Assembly (NCBI GenBank): GCA_035516915.1
Contig: DATIZV010000139.1
Coordinates: forward strand, 1-51,946
Direction of reading: 5' to 3'
Length of the DNA stretch: 51,946 bases
Origin: Usitatibacter sp.
GTDB taxonomy: Bacteria; Pseudomonadota; Gammaproteobacteria; Burkholderiales; Usitatibacteraceae
Shown here: piece after piece, positions 38,695-47,544 of the stretch
How positions within the stretch are numbered: the first letter of the stretch is position 1
How the letters are laid out: the number at the start of each line of letters is the position of its first letter
Position numbers and translations under genes: made by a program
Notes under the pieces: generated by a model
Told to the model about the DNA's origin: nothing
What the model saw: only the letters and a program-made list of their open reading frames with translations
Databases searched by the model: none

Positions 38695-40334
38695 TATGCC
38701 GGCGCGACGACCAGCGGCTGGACCTGGTTGCGGCCGTGGCGCTTCGCCTCGTGCAGCCAGTGGTCGGCGGCATCGAGCAGCCCCTGCGGCTCGTCGAAGG
38801 ACCGGTTGGAAGCGAGCCCCATCGAGAGCGTCACGCGAAGCTGCGGGTGGATGGATTTCCAGTCCCACGACTCCACCGCGCGCCGCACGCGCTGGCACGC
38901 TTCGGACGCCGCCGCCATCTCGAGGCCGCGGAACACCAGCACGAACTCCTCGCCGCCGTAGCGGCCCGCGACGTCCCCAGCGCGGCATTGCGCGCGCAGC
39001 ACCTCGCCCACGCAGCGCAGGACCTCGTCGCCCACGGCGTGCGAGAAGCGGTCGTTGATCCCCTTGAAGTGGTCGACGTCCGCGAGGGCCAGGGTAATCG
39101 AGGTGCTCCGCGCGCGCGCATCGCGCAGCATCGAGCCGAGGCGCTCGTCGAGCTGCCGGCGATTGGCGAGGCCGGTGAGCGCGTCCTCCATCGCGAGGCG
39201 CTTGTAGCGCTCGGCTTCCTCCGCGGCGTGCTCCACGCGCCGCCGCTCCGCGAGGGCGCGCGCGCGGCGTTCGGTCGCCTCGCTGCGCAGCTCCTCGTCG
39301 AGCCGCGTCGCGCGCCGCAGGCAAGCCAGCGCTTCGCCGAGCTCGCCGGCGTCCTCGTGCGCACGCGAGAGGATCTTCAGCACGCGGGCGCTCTCGTCGC
39401 GGGCGCCGAGCGCCTCGAAGGACGCGAGCGCCGCGGCGAGCAGCTCGATCGCCGGCGCGTGCTCGCCGAGCTGCTGGCGGATCTCTCCCACGCACGACAG
39501 GCCGTACGCCTCGATCCAGCGGTCGCCCGACTGGCGCGAGAGCGCGAGGAAACGGTCCGCCATGCCGAGCGCGACTTCGGGCTTCGCCATCGCGAGGTAC
39601 GCCTCGCCCATCGACTCCACCACGGTCGCCTCGAGCCGCGTGTAGCCGTACTGACGCGCCACGGCGAGCGCGCGGTCGAGGAGCCGCACGGCGGTGTCGC
39701 ACTCGACCTGGCAGCTCGTCGTGTCGCCCGAGGCCCGCAGCTGCAGCGCGCGCTGCACGTGCGCGAAAGCCGCGTTGTTGAGGTCGAAGCCGGAGCCCTC
39801 GTTGTCGCCGATCTCGCGGCGCAGCTGCAGCGCCTGCCCGAAGAGCTCGAGCGCCGCGCCGTGGTTGCCGAGCTGGATCTCGACGTTGCCGATGTTCGAG
39901 ACCACCCGCGCCTGCCACTTGCGGTCGCCCGCCTGCCGGAAGCCGCGCAGCGCCGCCTCGTACATCTCGAGCGCGCGGCCGTAATCGGAGAGCTGCCGCC
40001 ACGTGATGCCGAGGAGGTTCAGGCAGCGCGCCTCGCCCTCGAGGTCCCCGAGCGCGCGGAAGAGCGCGATGGAAGCGTCCTGCGCATCGAGCACCGCGGG
40101 ATAGTCGGCCTGCGAATAGAGGTTGCGACCGAGGCAGTACTGCGCCTGGGCCTCCGCCCCGCGGTCGCGGCTCGCGCGCGCGAGCCCGATCGCCTCGCGC
40201 GCGAGCCCGGCGCCGCGCGCCGCATCGCGTTCGTAGAGCGCTTCCGAGACCTCGTTGAGGAGCCGCACGCGCTCGCCCACCGGGAGCGGCTCGTTGAGCT
40301 TCGCCTCGAGGCCCTGGAGCGTCGAGACGTTCAC
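38694..40334 (-). CDS. TPR-repeat diguanylate cyclase (GGDEF)
   Basis: TPR-like helices (ARCLNLLGI, ARVVSNIGN); DALTGLANRR, DVDHFKGINDRFSHAVGD, I-site RAGD, GGEEF. GTG overlaps the relA stop. Confidence 0.92.
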   Translation of the reverse strand: MNVSTLQGLEAKLNEPLPVGERVRLLNEVSEALYERDAARGAGLAREAIGLARASRDRGAEAQAQYCLGRNLYSQADYPAVLDAQDASIALFRALGDLEGEARCLNLLGITWRQLSDYGRALEMYEAALRGFRQAGDRKWQARVVSNIGNVEIQLGNHGAALELFGQALQLRREIGDNEGSGFDLNNAAFAHVQRALQLRASGDTTSCQVECDTAVRLLDRALAVARQYGYTRLEATVVESMGEAYLAMAKPEVALGMADRFLALSRQSGDRWIEAYGLSCVGEIRQQLGEHAPAIELLAAALASFEALGARDESARVLKILSRAHEDAGELGEALACLRRATRLDEELRSEATERRARALAERRRVEHAAEEAERYKRLAMEDALTGLANRRQLDERLGSMLRDARARSTSITLALADVDHFKGINDRFSHAVGDEVLRCVGEVLRAQCRAGDVAGRYGGEEFVLVFRGLEMAAASEACQRVRRAVESWDWKSIHPQLRVTLSMGLASNRSFDEPQGLLDAADHWLHEAKRHGRNQVQPLVVAPA

Positions 40335-42460
40335 AGGCGCCTCGCGGTATCGACGCCCGGCACTTCCTTCACCTGCCGCAGCACGCGCCCGATCGCCTCC
40401 CCGCTCGAGACCTGGATCGTGAAGCGCATGAAGGCGTGCGCGCCGCGCGAGAGCGTGTTCACCGCGGTCACGTTGATGCGCTCCCGCGCGATGGCTTCGG
40501 TGATGTCGCGCAGCAGCCCCTGCCGGTCCACCGCCACCACCTCGAGGTCGGCGAAGAACGGCGCCTCCTCGCCGGTCTTGCCCCAGTCGGCGGGCATCAG
40601 GCGCTCGCGCTGCGCGGGATCGAGCCCGGTCACGTTCGGGCAGTCCTGGCGGTGCACCATCACGCCGCGGGTGCGCGTCACGAAGCCGACGATCGGATCG
40701 GGCGGCACCGGCTTGCAGCACTTGGCGATCATCGTGGCGATGTTGTTGACGCCCAGCACCAGCACGCCCGAGGAGGCCTTCTGCGGCGCGACGGGCACCG
40801 GTGCGACCGCGGGCTGCGCGGGCGCCTCGCCGCGCACCGCGATCTCGATCTGGCGCGAGGTCACCTCGCCGCGTCCGAGCGCCGCGAAGAACTCCTCGAG
40901 CTTCGGATACCCGCAGGCCGCCGCGATCTTCTCGTGCGACTCGCTCACCGCGCCGATGCGGTGCAGCTCCTTGTCGAGCGCGGTGCGGCCGCTCGCGACG
41001 TCCTTCTCGAAGTCCTCGTGGCGGAACCACGAGCGCACCTTCGCCATCGCGCGCGGGCTCGCGAGATAGCCCGCGTCCCTGGCGAGCCAGTCGCGCGAGG
41101 GCCGCGCCTCCTTCGCCGCCATGATCTCCACGCGCTGCGCGTTCTGGAGCTTGTAGTTGAGCGGCACCATCTGGCCGTCCACCTTCGCCCCCCGGCAACG
41201 GTGGCCGAGATCCGTATGGACGTGGTAGGCGAAGTCGATCGGCGTGGAGCCGGCGGGAAGATCCACGACGCGCCCCTGCGGCGTGAGCACGTAGATCGTG
41301 TCCTCGAAAAGCCCGCGCTTCGACGGCTCCGCGACCTCGCCGCCCAGCACCTCCTTCTTCCATGCGAGCACCTGGCGCAGCCACGCGATCTTCGCGTCGA
41401 ACGCCTTGTCCGCGCGTCCGCCTTCCTTGTAGCGCCAATGGGCCGCGACCCCGTGCTCGGAGTGCCGGTGCATCTCCTCGGTGCGGATCTGCACCTCGAG
41501 GGTCCTGCCTTCGGGACCGATCACCGCGGTGTGCAGCGACTGGTACTGGTTCGCCTTGGGATTGGCGATGTAGTCGTCGAACTCGCCTTCGATCGGCGTC
41601 CAGAGGTCGTGCACGACGCCGAGCACGGTGTAGCACTCGCGCACGTTCCCCACGATCACGCGCACCGCGCGGATGTCGTAGAGGCCCTCGAAGGTGACGT
41701 TCTTGCCGCCCATCTTGCGCCAGATGGAGTAGATGTGCTTGGGCCGCCCCTGGATCGCCGCGGCGATGCCCATGGCGTGGAGCTCCTTCTGGAGGAGCTC
41801 GATCACGCGCTGGATGTAGGCCTCGCGCTCGCTGCGCTTCTCGTCGAGGAGCTGCGCGATGCGCTTGTAGAGCTCGGGCTCGGTATAGCGGAAGGCGAAG
41901 TCCTCGAGCTCCCACTTGAAGTCGGAGACCCCGAGGCGGTTGGCGAGCGGCGCGAAGAGCTGCAGCGTCTGCGTGGCCGCGGCGCGCCGCACGGCCTCGT
42001 CGGCCTTCGTGAGCGAGCGCAGGTACACGACGCGCTCGGCGAGCTTGATGAGCACCACGCGCACGTCCTCGGCGATCGCGAGGAGCATCTTGCGCAGCTG
42101 CTCGAGGTCGGTGCCGGTCGCGCTGAGCGCCTCGATGCGCCCGGCGCGTTCGAGCCCCTTGAGGAGGGTCGTGAGCGCGGCGCCGAAGGCGCTCTCGATC
42201 GCCTCGAGGTCGAGGTCCCTTTCGGGAATCGCCTGGCTCACCAGCGCCGCGGCGATGGTCTCCGGGTCCGCGCCCTGCACCAGGAGGAGCCGCGCCACGG
42301 CGAGCGCGCGCTCGAACGACTCGTCGCGCCCGGCCGCCTGCGCCGCCCCGCGCGCGAACTGCAGCGCCCGCACCGGCAGCTCGGCGAGCGCCGCTCCGAA
42401 GGTCGAGCGCAGCTCCGCCTCGAAAGGGGCGAGGTCCAGGGCGGCGGTGGAGCTGAGCAC
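40331..42460 (-). CDS. relA: (p)ppGpp synthetase RelA (degenerate HD domain)
   Basis: APLANRLG, GRPKHIYSIWRKM, EFDDY (ExDD), YQSLHT, EVQIRT, TGS (DFAYHVHT), ZFD (CCKPVPPD..HRQDC), ACT (DRQGLLRDI). HD motif absent. Confidence 0.93.
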   Translation of the reverse strand: MLSSTAALDLAPFEAELRSTFGAALAELPVRALQFARGAAQAAGRDESFERALAVARLLLVQGADPETIAAALVSQAIPERDLDLEAIESAFGAALTTLLKGLERAGRIEALSATGTDLEQLRKMLLAIAEDVRVVLIKLAERVVYLRSLTKADEAVRRAAATQTLQLFAPLANRLGVSDFKWELEDFAFRYTEPELYKRIAQLLDEKRSEREAYIQRVIELLQKELHAMGIAAAIQGRPKHIYSIWRKMGGKNVTFEGLYDIRAVRVIVGNVRECYTVLGVVHDLWTPIEGEFDDYIANPKANQYQSLHTAVIGPEGRTLEVQIRTEEMHRHSEHGVAAHWRYKEGGRADKAFDAKIAWLRQVLAWKKEVLGGEVAEPSKRGLFEDTIYVLTPQGRVVDLPAGSTPIDFAYHVHTDLGHRCRGAKVDGQMVPLNYKLQNAQRVEIMAAKEARPSRDWLARDAGYLASPRAMAKVRSWFRHEDFEKDVASGRTALDKELHRIGAVSESHEKIAAACGYPKLEEFFAALGRGEVTSRQIEIAVRGEAPAQPAVAPVPVAPQKASSGVLVLGVNNIATMIAKCCKPVPPDPIVGFVTRTRGVMVHRQDCPNVTGLDPAQRERLMPADWGKTGEEAPFFADLEVVAVDRQGLLRDITEAIARERINVTAVNTLSRGAHAFMRFTIQVSSGEAIGRVLRQVKEVPGVDTARRL

Positions 42461-42579
42461 GGGCGGAGGGAGCGGAGGCTGTCCCTACGGATTCTAATCC
42501 CCGCGTGCCGAAAAATCCGCATCCGGGCCGGCGAATATCCCGCTGCCGCGGCCCGCGGGCCGGCCCCATCATCGGTGCC

Positions 42580-42783
42580 ATGGAAACCCTTTCCGCCGTC
42601 CTCCCGGCCGACCCCGAACGCGCGACGCGCATCGGGCGCGTGAAGTTCGTGGCGTTGGTCTTCGAGGACGAGCCGGCCGCGTCCGGGCCGGCCGCCGCGG
42701 CGTCTTCCTTGCAGCGCTTCCTGCGGCTCATGCGCCGTTTCGCATCCCGCGTCGACGGTCGTCCTATGGCGGCGCGGCCCTAG
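42580..42783 (+). CDS. Small hypothetical protein (67 aa)
   Basis: ORF divergent from relA and followed by a clear terminator; weak RBS, no known motif. Confidence 0.4.
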   Translation: METLSAVLPADPERATRIGRVKFVALVFEDEPAASGPAAAASSLQRFLRLMRRFASRVDGRPMAARP

Positions 42784-42803
42784 GCCGACCGACGCGGTCC
42801 TTT

Positions 42804-42840
42804 CCGGCCTCCGGTCCTCCTCGGAGGCCGGCTTTCTTTT
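42804..42840 (+). terminator. Rho-independent terminator
   Basis: CCGGCCTCCG-8 nt-CGGAGGCCGG followed by CTTTCTTTT. Confidence 0.8.
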
Positions 42841-42964
42841 CAGCGGCGCCGAACGTTGCCGGCGAGGCGCTTCGCGCGCGCCGAAAGGCGGCCGGCGCGA
42901 TCGCCGTTGCCGCGCAGGGTGCAGAATCGCGTTTCCCCCGTCCTCCAACCTCCCGGGAGACGCC

Positions 42965-43759
42965 ATGAACCTTCCCGCAACCGGCAAGTGGCTCGCCGCC
43001 CTCGCGGCGGGCGCCCTCATCGCGACCACCGCCCAGGCGAAGATCGTCGGCAAGAACGTCGAGTACAAGTACGAAGGCATGACCATGAAGGGCTACCTCG
43101 CCTACGACGACGCAGCCCGGGGCGCGCGCCCGGGCGTCCTGGTGGTGCACGAATGGTGGGGATTGAACGACTACATCAAGGAGCGCACCCGCCAGGTCGC
43201 CGCGCTCGGCTACGTCGCCTTCGCTCCCGACATGTACGGCGAGGGCAAGACCACGAACGACCCGAAGGTCGCGGGCCAATGGTCCGGCGAGGTGCAGAAA
43301 TCGGGGCAGCTCGCCTCGCGCGCGAAGGCGGGCCTCGACGTCCTCGTCGCCCAGCCAGGGGTGGAGAAGGACGACCTCGGCGCGATGGGCTTCTGCTTCG
43401 GCGGCAGCACGGTTCTCGCGCTCGCGTACAGCGGCGAGAAGCTGCGCGCGGTGGCGACGTTCCACGGCGGGCTCTTTCCGCCCGACGAGCAGCAGCGCAC
43501 CCGGATCCGGACGCCGATCCTCATCATGCAGGGCGAGAAGGACCCGTTCGTGAAGCCCGAGACGATCCAGCAGGTGAAGGACGCGCTCGATGCGGGCCAC
43601 GTCGACTGGTACATGGTCACCTATGCGGACGCGGTGCACGCGTTCACGAACCCGAAGGCGGACGACTACCACATCCCGGGCGTCGCCTACAACGAGAAGG
43701 CGGCGAAGCGCTCGTGGGCGGAGATGGAGCATTTCTTCCGCGTTCAGCTCGGGCGCTGA
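42965..43759 (+). CDS. Dienelactone hydrolase family protein, secreted
   Basis: Signal peptide; VHEWWGLN, APDMYG, GFCFGG (Cys nucleophile), GEKD, HAFTNP. Confidence 0.92.
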   Translation: MNLPATGKWLAALAAGALIATTAQAKIVGKNVEYKYEGMTMKGYLAYDDAARGARPGVLVVHEWWGLNDYIKERTRQVAALGYVAFAPDMYGEGKTTNDPKVAGQWSGEVQKSGQLASRAKAGLDVLVAQPGVEKDDLGAMGFCFGGSTVLALAYSGEKLRAVATFHGGLFPPDEQQRTRIRTPILIMQGEKDPFVKPETIQQVKDALDAGHVDWYMVTYADAVHAFTNPKADDYHIPGVAYNEKAAKRSWAEMEHFFRVQLGR

Positions 43760-43819
43760 GCGAGGGACGGGCCCGCGCGATCGGGACCATCGCCCATGCG
43801 ACAGTGCGATACCAGCATC

Positions 43820-44095
43820 GTGAGCTCGCAAGGCGCGAAGCCGTCGAGCGGCTTCGCCATCTTCCTGCGCTGGCTCGCGTTCGGCGTGATGCTCATGACC
43901 ATCCCGCAGGTGGTGAGCGTCTGGCGCAACGGCGCAGCCGGCGTCTCGCTCGCCTCGTGGATCGCGTATCTTTTCTCCTCGGTCGCGTGGCTCGTCTACG
44001 GCATCCGGCGGAGGGATCCCACCATCTGGCTGGTGTGCATCGGCTGGATCCTCGTGGACGGCGCGGTGGTCGCCGGCATCCTCGTGAACGCCTGA
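43820..44095 (+). CDS. SemiSWEET/PQ-loop family small transporter
   Basis: About 90 aa, 3 TM; TIPQV, GVSLASW, WLVYGI. Confidence 0.75.
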   Translation: MSSQGAKPSSGFAIFLRWLAFGVMLMTIPQVVSVWRNGAAGVSLASWIAYLFSSVAWLVYGIRRRDPTIWLVCIGWILVDGAVVAGILVNA

Positions 44096-44105
44096 TCCGC
44101 GCCGC

Positions 44106-46463
44106 TCACTTCGAGCAGCTCGAGCGCGCGCTCCAGTAGCGGCACGCCGCCTCCTGGCCGGTGATCACCGGCTGCGCGCCGCCTCGCGCGGGCAGCACCA
44201 TCCGCAACGCTCCTTCCTCGTCGGTGCGATGCCGCTCGACGCCGCGAGCGGCGTAGCGCGCGACCACCATCGGGTGCGGATGGTGGAAGCGGTTGCGGTA
44301 GCCCACCGAGAAGATCGCGACGGCCGGCGACACCGCATCGACGAACCCCTCGGTCGACGAGGTCCTCGATCCGTGGTGCGGGACGAGCAGGACGTCGGAA
44401 GCGAGGGCGGCCGGGTCGCGGGCGAGCATCTCCGACTCGCTGCGCGCCTCGACGTCCGCTGCGAGCAGCATCGAATGCGCGGCGGTCGCGACGCGGATCA
44501 CGCAGCCGCGGTCGTTCTCCTTGCGCCTCGCGCCGCCGGCGTAGATCGACGCCGGCGGATGCAGCACCCGGAAATCCACGCCGTCCCAGCGCCATCCTTC
44601 CCCCGCTTCGCACGGAAACGACGGCGCGACGAGGTCGTGCAGCGGGTGGCCCGCGGGCAACGACGAGAGCATCCAGCGCGGATCGCGCGACGCGGCGACC
44701 GATGCGGCGCCGCCGGAGTGATCGTCGTCCGCGTGCGAGATCACGAGCGCGTCGAGTCGCGCGATGCCTTCGCCGCGCAGGAACGGCACGACGATGCGGC
44801 TACCGGTGTCCGCATCGCCGTTCCAGCTGGGACCCGTGTCGTAGGCGAGCGCGTGGCCGGCGGTGCGCACGACGACCGCGAGGCCGTTCCCGACGTCGAG
44901 CACGTCGATCCAGGCTTCGCCGGGCGCGGGCCCGGGCGGCGCGACCAGGAAGAGCGGCGCGATCCAGGCGAGCGCGCAGGAGCGCATCGGGAAGCCGCGC
45001 GGTGCGAGCATCCACAGGCATCCGGTCACCGCGCACGCCACCGTCCACGGCTGCGGCGCGTGGCTCTCGAGCACCGCCGAGGGCAGCGCCGCGAGCCACC
45101 CGAGCGCGGCCATCACGAGCTGCAGGAGGGCGTGCGCGACGTCGAGCAGCCATGGCAACGGCAGGAAGGCGCCGGCGATCGTGAGCGGCACCACGCCGAG
45201 GCTCACGACCGGGATCGCGAACGCATTGGCGAGCGGGGAGACGAGCGACACCTGCTGGAAGAGCGCGACGAGCATCGGCAGCATCACCAGCGTCACGGCG
45301 AGCTGCTCCAGGAACGCCGCGGCGAGCTTGCCGCGCCGGCCCGTGCGCAGGTCCATCGCGTAGAAGATCGAGGCCACCGCGCCGAACGAGAGCCAGAAGC
45401 CGGGCGCGAGCACCGCCCACGGATCGAGCGCCACGACGACGATCGCGGCCGCGGCGAGCGTGCGCGAGGGCGAGGCGCGCCGGCCGGCGATCACGCATGC
45501 CGCGACGGTCGCCAGCATGGCGAGCGTGCGCTGCGCCGGCACCGCATATCCGGTCATGAGCGTGTAGGCGGCCGCGACGACGAGCCCCGCGACGGCGGCC
45601 GCCTTGCGCGCCGGCAGGCGCAGCGCGAGCCGCGGCACGCGCACCCACAGGAAGGCCGTGGCGGCGAAGCCGAGCGCGGCGAGCATCGTGATGTGCAGCC
45701 CCGAGATGCTCATGAGGTGCCCGACTCCCGTGCGCCAGAACGTCTCCCAATCCGATTCCGGGATCGAGTCCTGGTCGCCGATCGCGAGCGCGACCAGCAC
45801 GCCGCGGCGCGGAGCTTGGGCGAGGCGCTCCAGCATCCTTGCCCTCACGACGCCGCGCCACCGATGCAGCAGGCAGGGCCAGCCGTCCACGCGATCGGAG
45901 AGGCGCGCGGCCGTTCCCTCGTCGCGCACGTAGCCCGTCGCGCGGATGCCGCGCTCCAGCGCCCACGATTCGAAATCGAACCCGTGCGGATTCGCGAGCC
46001 CGTGCGGACGCTTGAGCCGCACGGCGAGGCGCCAGCGCTCGCACGCCGCCACGCGCGGCGTCGTCGCGTCGTGCGCATACCAGGCGAGCGAGAGCGTGGA
46101 AGGAAGCTCGCCGCGGTTGCGCGCGCCAGCCCCCCAATCCTCGACGTCGAAGAGGAACCGCGTTCCCTCGGCGCGCTCCTGCGGAAGCCCCGAGACGATC
46201 CCGGTCACGACGACGTCGCGACCCTCCATCGCGGCGGGCAAGGCTTCCGCGAGCCGCAGCTCCGCGCGCCACGCGGCGTAGCCGAAGCCGAGCAGCAAGC
46301 CGCTCGCGAACGCAAGCCCCGCGCCGAGGAGCGGCCGCCTTGCGCAGAGCAGCCACGCAGCCGCTCCCGCCAGCCCGAGGAGCGCGAAGGGCGCGTCGGG
46401 AAGCGAGCGCTGCTGCTGGAGAAGGAAAGCGCCGGCGACGAACGCCAGCGCGAAGAGCCGCAT
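44106..46463 (-). CDS. comEC: DNA internalization competence protein ComEC/Rec2
   Basis: NPHGFDFE, TGVGHLMSISGLHI, GFWLSF, LDVGNGLA, SHADDDHSGG, VPHHGS, NRFHHP. Confidence 0.94.
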   Translation of the reverse strand: MRLFALAFVAGAFLLQQQRSLPDAPFALLGLAGAAAWLLCARRPLLGAGLAFASGLLLGFGYAAWRAELRLAEALPAAMEGRDVVVTGIVSGLPQERAEGTRFLFDVEDWGAGARNRGELPSTLSLAWYAHDATTPRVAACERWRLAVRLKRPHGLANPHGFDFESWALERGIRATGYVRDEGTAARLSDRVDGWPCLLHRWRGVVRARMLERLAQAPRRGVLVALAIGDQDSIPESDWETFWRTGVGHLMSISGLHITMLAALGFAATAFLWVRVPRLALRLPARKAAAVAGLVVAAAYTLMTGYAVPAQRTLAMLATVAACVIAGRRASPSRTLAAAAIVVVALDPWAVLAPGFWLSFGAVASIFYAMDLRTGRRGKLAAAFLEQLAVTLVMLPMLVALFQQVSLVSPLANAFAIPVVSLGVVPLTIAGAFLPLPWLLDVAHALLQLVMAALGWLAALPSAVLESHAPQPWTVACAVTGCLWMLAPRGFPMRSCALAWIAPLFLVAPPGPAPGEAWIDVLDVGNGLAVVVRTAGHALAYDTGPSWNGDADTGSRIVVPFLRGEGIARLDALVISHADDDHSGGAASVAASRDPRWMLSSLPAGHPLHDLVAPSFPCEAGEGWRWDGVDFRVLHPPASIYAGGARRKENDRGCVIRVATAAHSMLLAADVEARSESEMLARDPAALASDVLLVPHHGSRTSSTEGFVDAVSPAVAIFSVGYRNRFHHPHPMVVARYAARGVERHRTDEEGALRMVLPARGGAQPVITGQEAACRYWSARSSCSK

Positions 46464-46494
46464 CCCGTCCTAACGCGACGGGAGCGGCGCAAGG

Positions 46495-46785
46495 CTACCG
46501 CGTGTCGCCGCCCCGCTTCACGTTCTTCTTCCGAGGATCCGGCTCCGAGGGCGGGGTGTCGCGGCCCTTCTCGGCCGCGCTCTTCACCGCGAGCGAGCTG
46601 TTCGGGTGTGCAGGCGCCGGCGGATCGCTGGCCGGAAACGACTCGTCCACCGCTTCGTCGATGAGGCGTTCCTCGTGCGCATCCTCGTCGCTGCGTCCGG
46701 CGTGCGGCGGCGGCACCTGGCTGGCGTCGACTCTCGCGGGGTCGGGCATCCGGTCGCGCGGGGACTTCGATTGCGGATTGGGCAT
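46495..46785 (-). CDS. Small hypothetical protein with ESFPASDPP motif
   Basis: GAGGAGG RBS; acidic, disordered-looking protein with IDEAVDESFPASDPP, a motif recalled from many small bacterial hypothetical proteins. Confidence 0.7.
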   Translation of the reverse strand: MPNPQSKSPRDRMPDPARVDASQVPPPHAGRSDEDAHEERLIDEAVDESFPASDPPAPAHPNSSLAVKSAAEKGRDTPPSEPDPRKKNVKRGGDTR

Positions 46786-46856
46786 GGTTCCTCCTCGCCG
46801 TTCGGCCACTCCTCGATGGACAGGGGCCGCGGCGTTCGGTTCGCTACAATCGCCCG

Positions 46857-47468
46857 ATGGTTCCCGACTACTGGGCTCAGGCGAAGGCCGAGCTCGCACG
46901 GCGCGACAAGGTCCTGCGCAAGCTCATCCGCAAGTTCCCCGACGCGGACCTGCGCACGCGCGGCGATGCGTTCCAGACGCTCGCCCGCTCGATCGTGGGG
47001 CAGCAGATCTCGGTCGCGGCGGCGCAATCGATCTGGGCACGCTTCGCGCTGGCGGCGGGCGAGGTCGAGCCATCCAGCGTCGTGGCGATGCCGGTGGAGA
47101 CGCTGCGCGCGTGCGGCCTCTCGGGGCAGAAGTCGCTCTACGTGAAGGACCTCGCGGCGCATTTCCATGCCGGCGCGATCCGCCCGCGCCGCTGGCCGCG
47201 CATGAAGGACGAGGCGATCATCGAGGACCTGGTGCGCGTGAAAGGCATCGGGCGCTGGAGTGTCGAGATGTTCCTCATCTTCCACATGATGCGGCCCGAC
47301 GTGCTGCCGGTGGACGACCTCGGGCTGCGCCGCGCGATGGAGCGCGCCTACAACGACGGCGAGCCGCTCACGAAGGGCGAGATGCGCGAGCTGGGAGCCG
47401 CGTGGTCGCCATGGAGCTCGGTCGCCACCTGGTACCTGTGGCGCTCCCTCGATCCGGTGAGCTTCTGA
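46857..47468 (+). CDS. alkA: DNA-3-methyladenine glycosylase II (AlkA family, HhH-GPD)
   Basis: LARSIVGQQISVAAA, GIGRWSVEMFLIF..RPDVLPVDDLG, WSPWSSVATWYLW. Confidence 0.88.
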   Translation: MVPDYWAQAKAELARRDKVLRKLIRKFPDADLRTRGDAFQTLARSIVGQQISVAAAQSIWARFALAAGEVEPSSVVAMPVETLRACGLSGQKSLYVKDLAAHFHAGAIRPRRWPRMKDEAIIEDLVRVKGIGRWSVEMFLIFHMMRPDVLPVDDLGLRRAMERAYNDGEPLTKGEMRELGAAWSPWSSVATWYLWRSLDPVSF

Positions 47469-47544
47469 GAGGAGCGCGCCCTGCGCGACGGGATCCGCGG
47501 GCTCGAGCTGCCTCGATCACCTTGCGCACGCGCGTGAAGGGCGA

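Noticed and set aside
41900-42460. Loss of the HD motif in the RSH protein as a novelty
   Set aside because: A degenerate hydrolase domain with an ExDD synthetase motif is the normal state of beta/gamma-proteobacterial RelA.
38694-42731. 1345 aa ORF suggesting a giant N-terminal extension or RelA-DGC fusion
   Set aside because: The extension is Arg/Gly/Ala-rich off-frame translation of relA, expected at high GC. The real cyclase starts at the GTG overlapping the relA stop, and no slippery site was seen.
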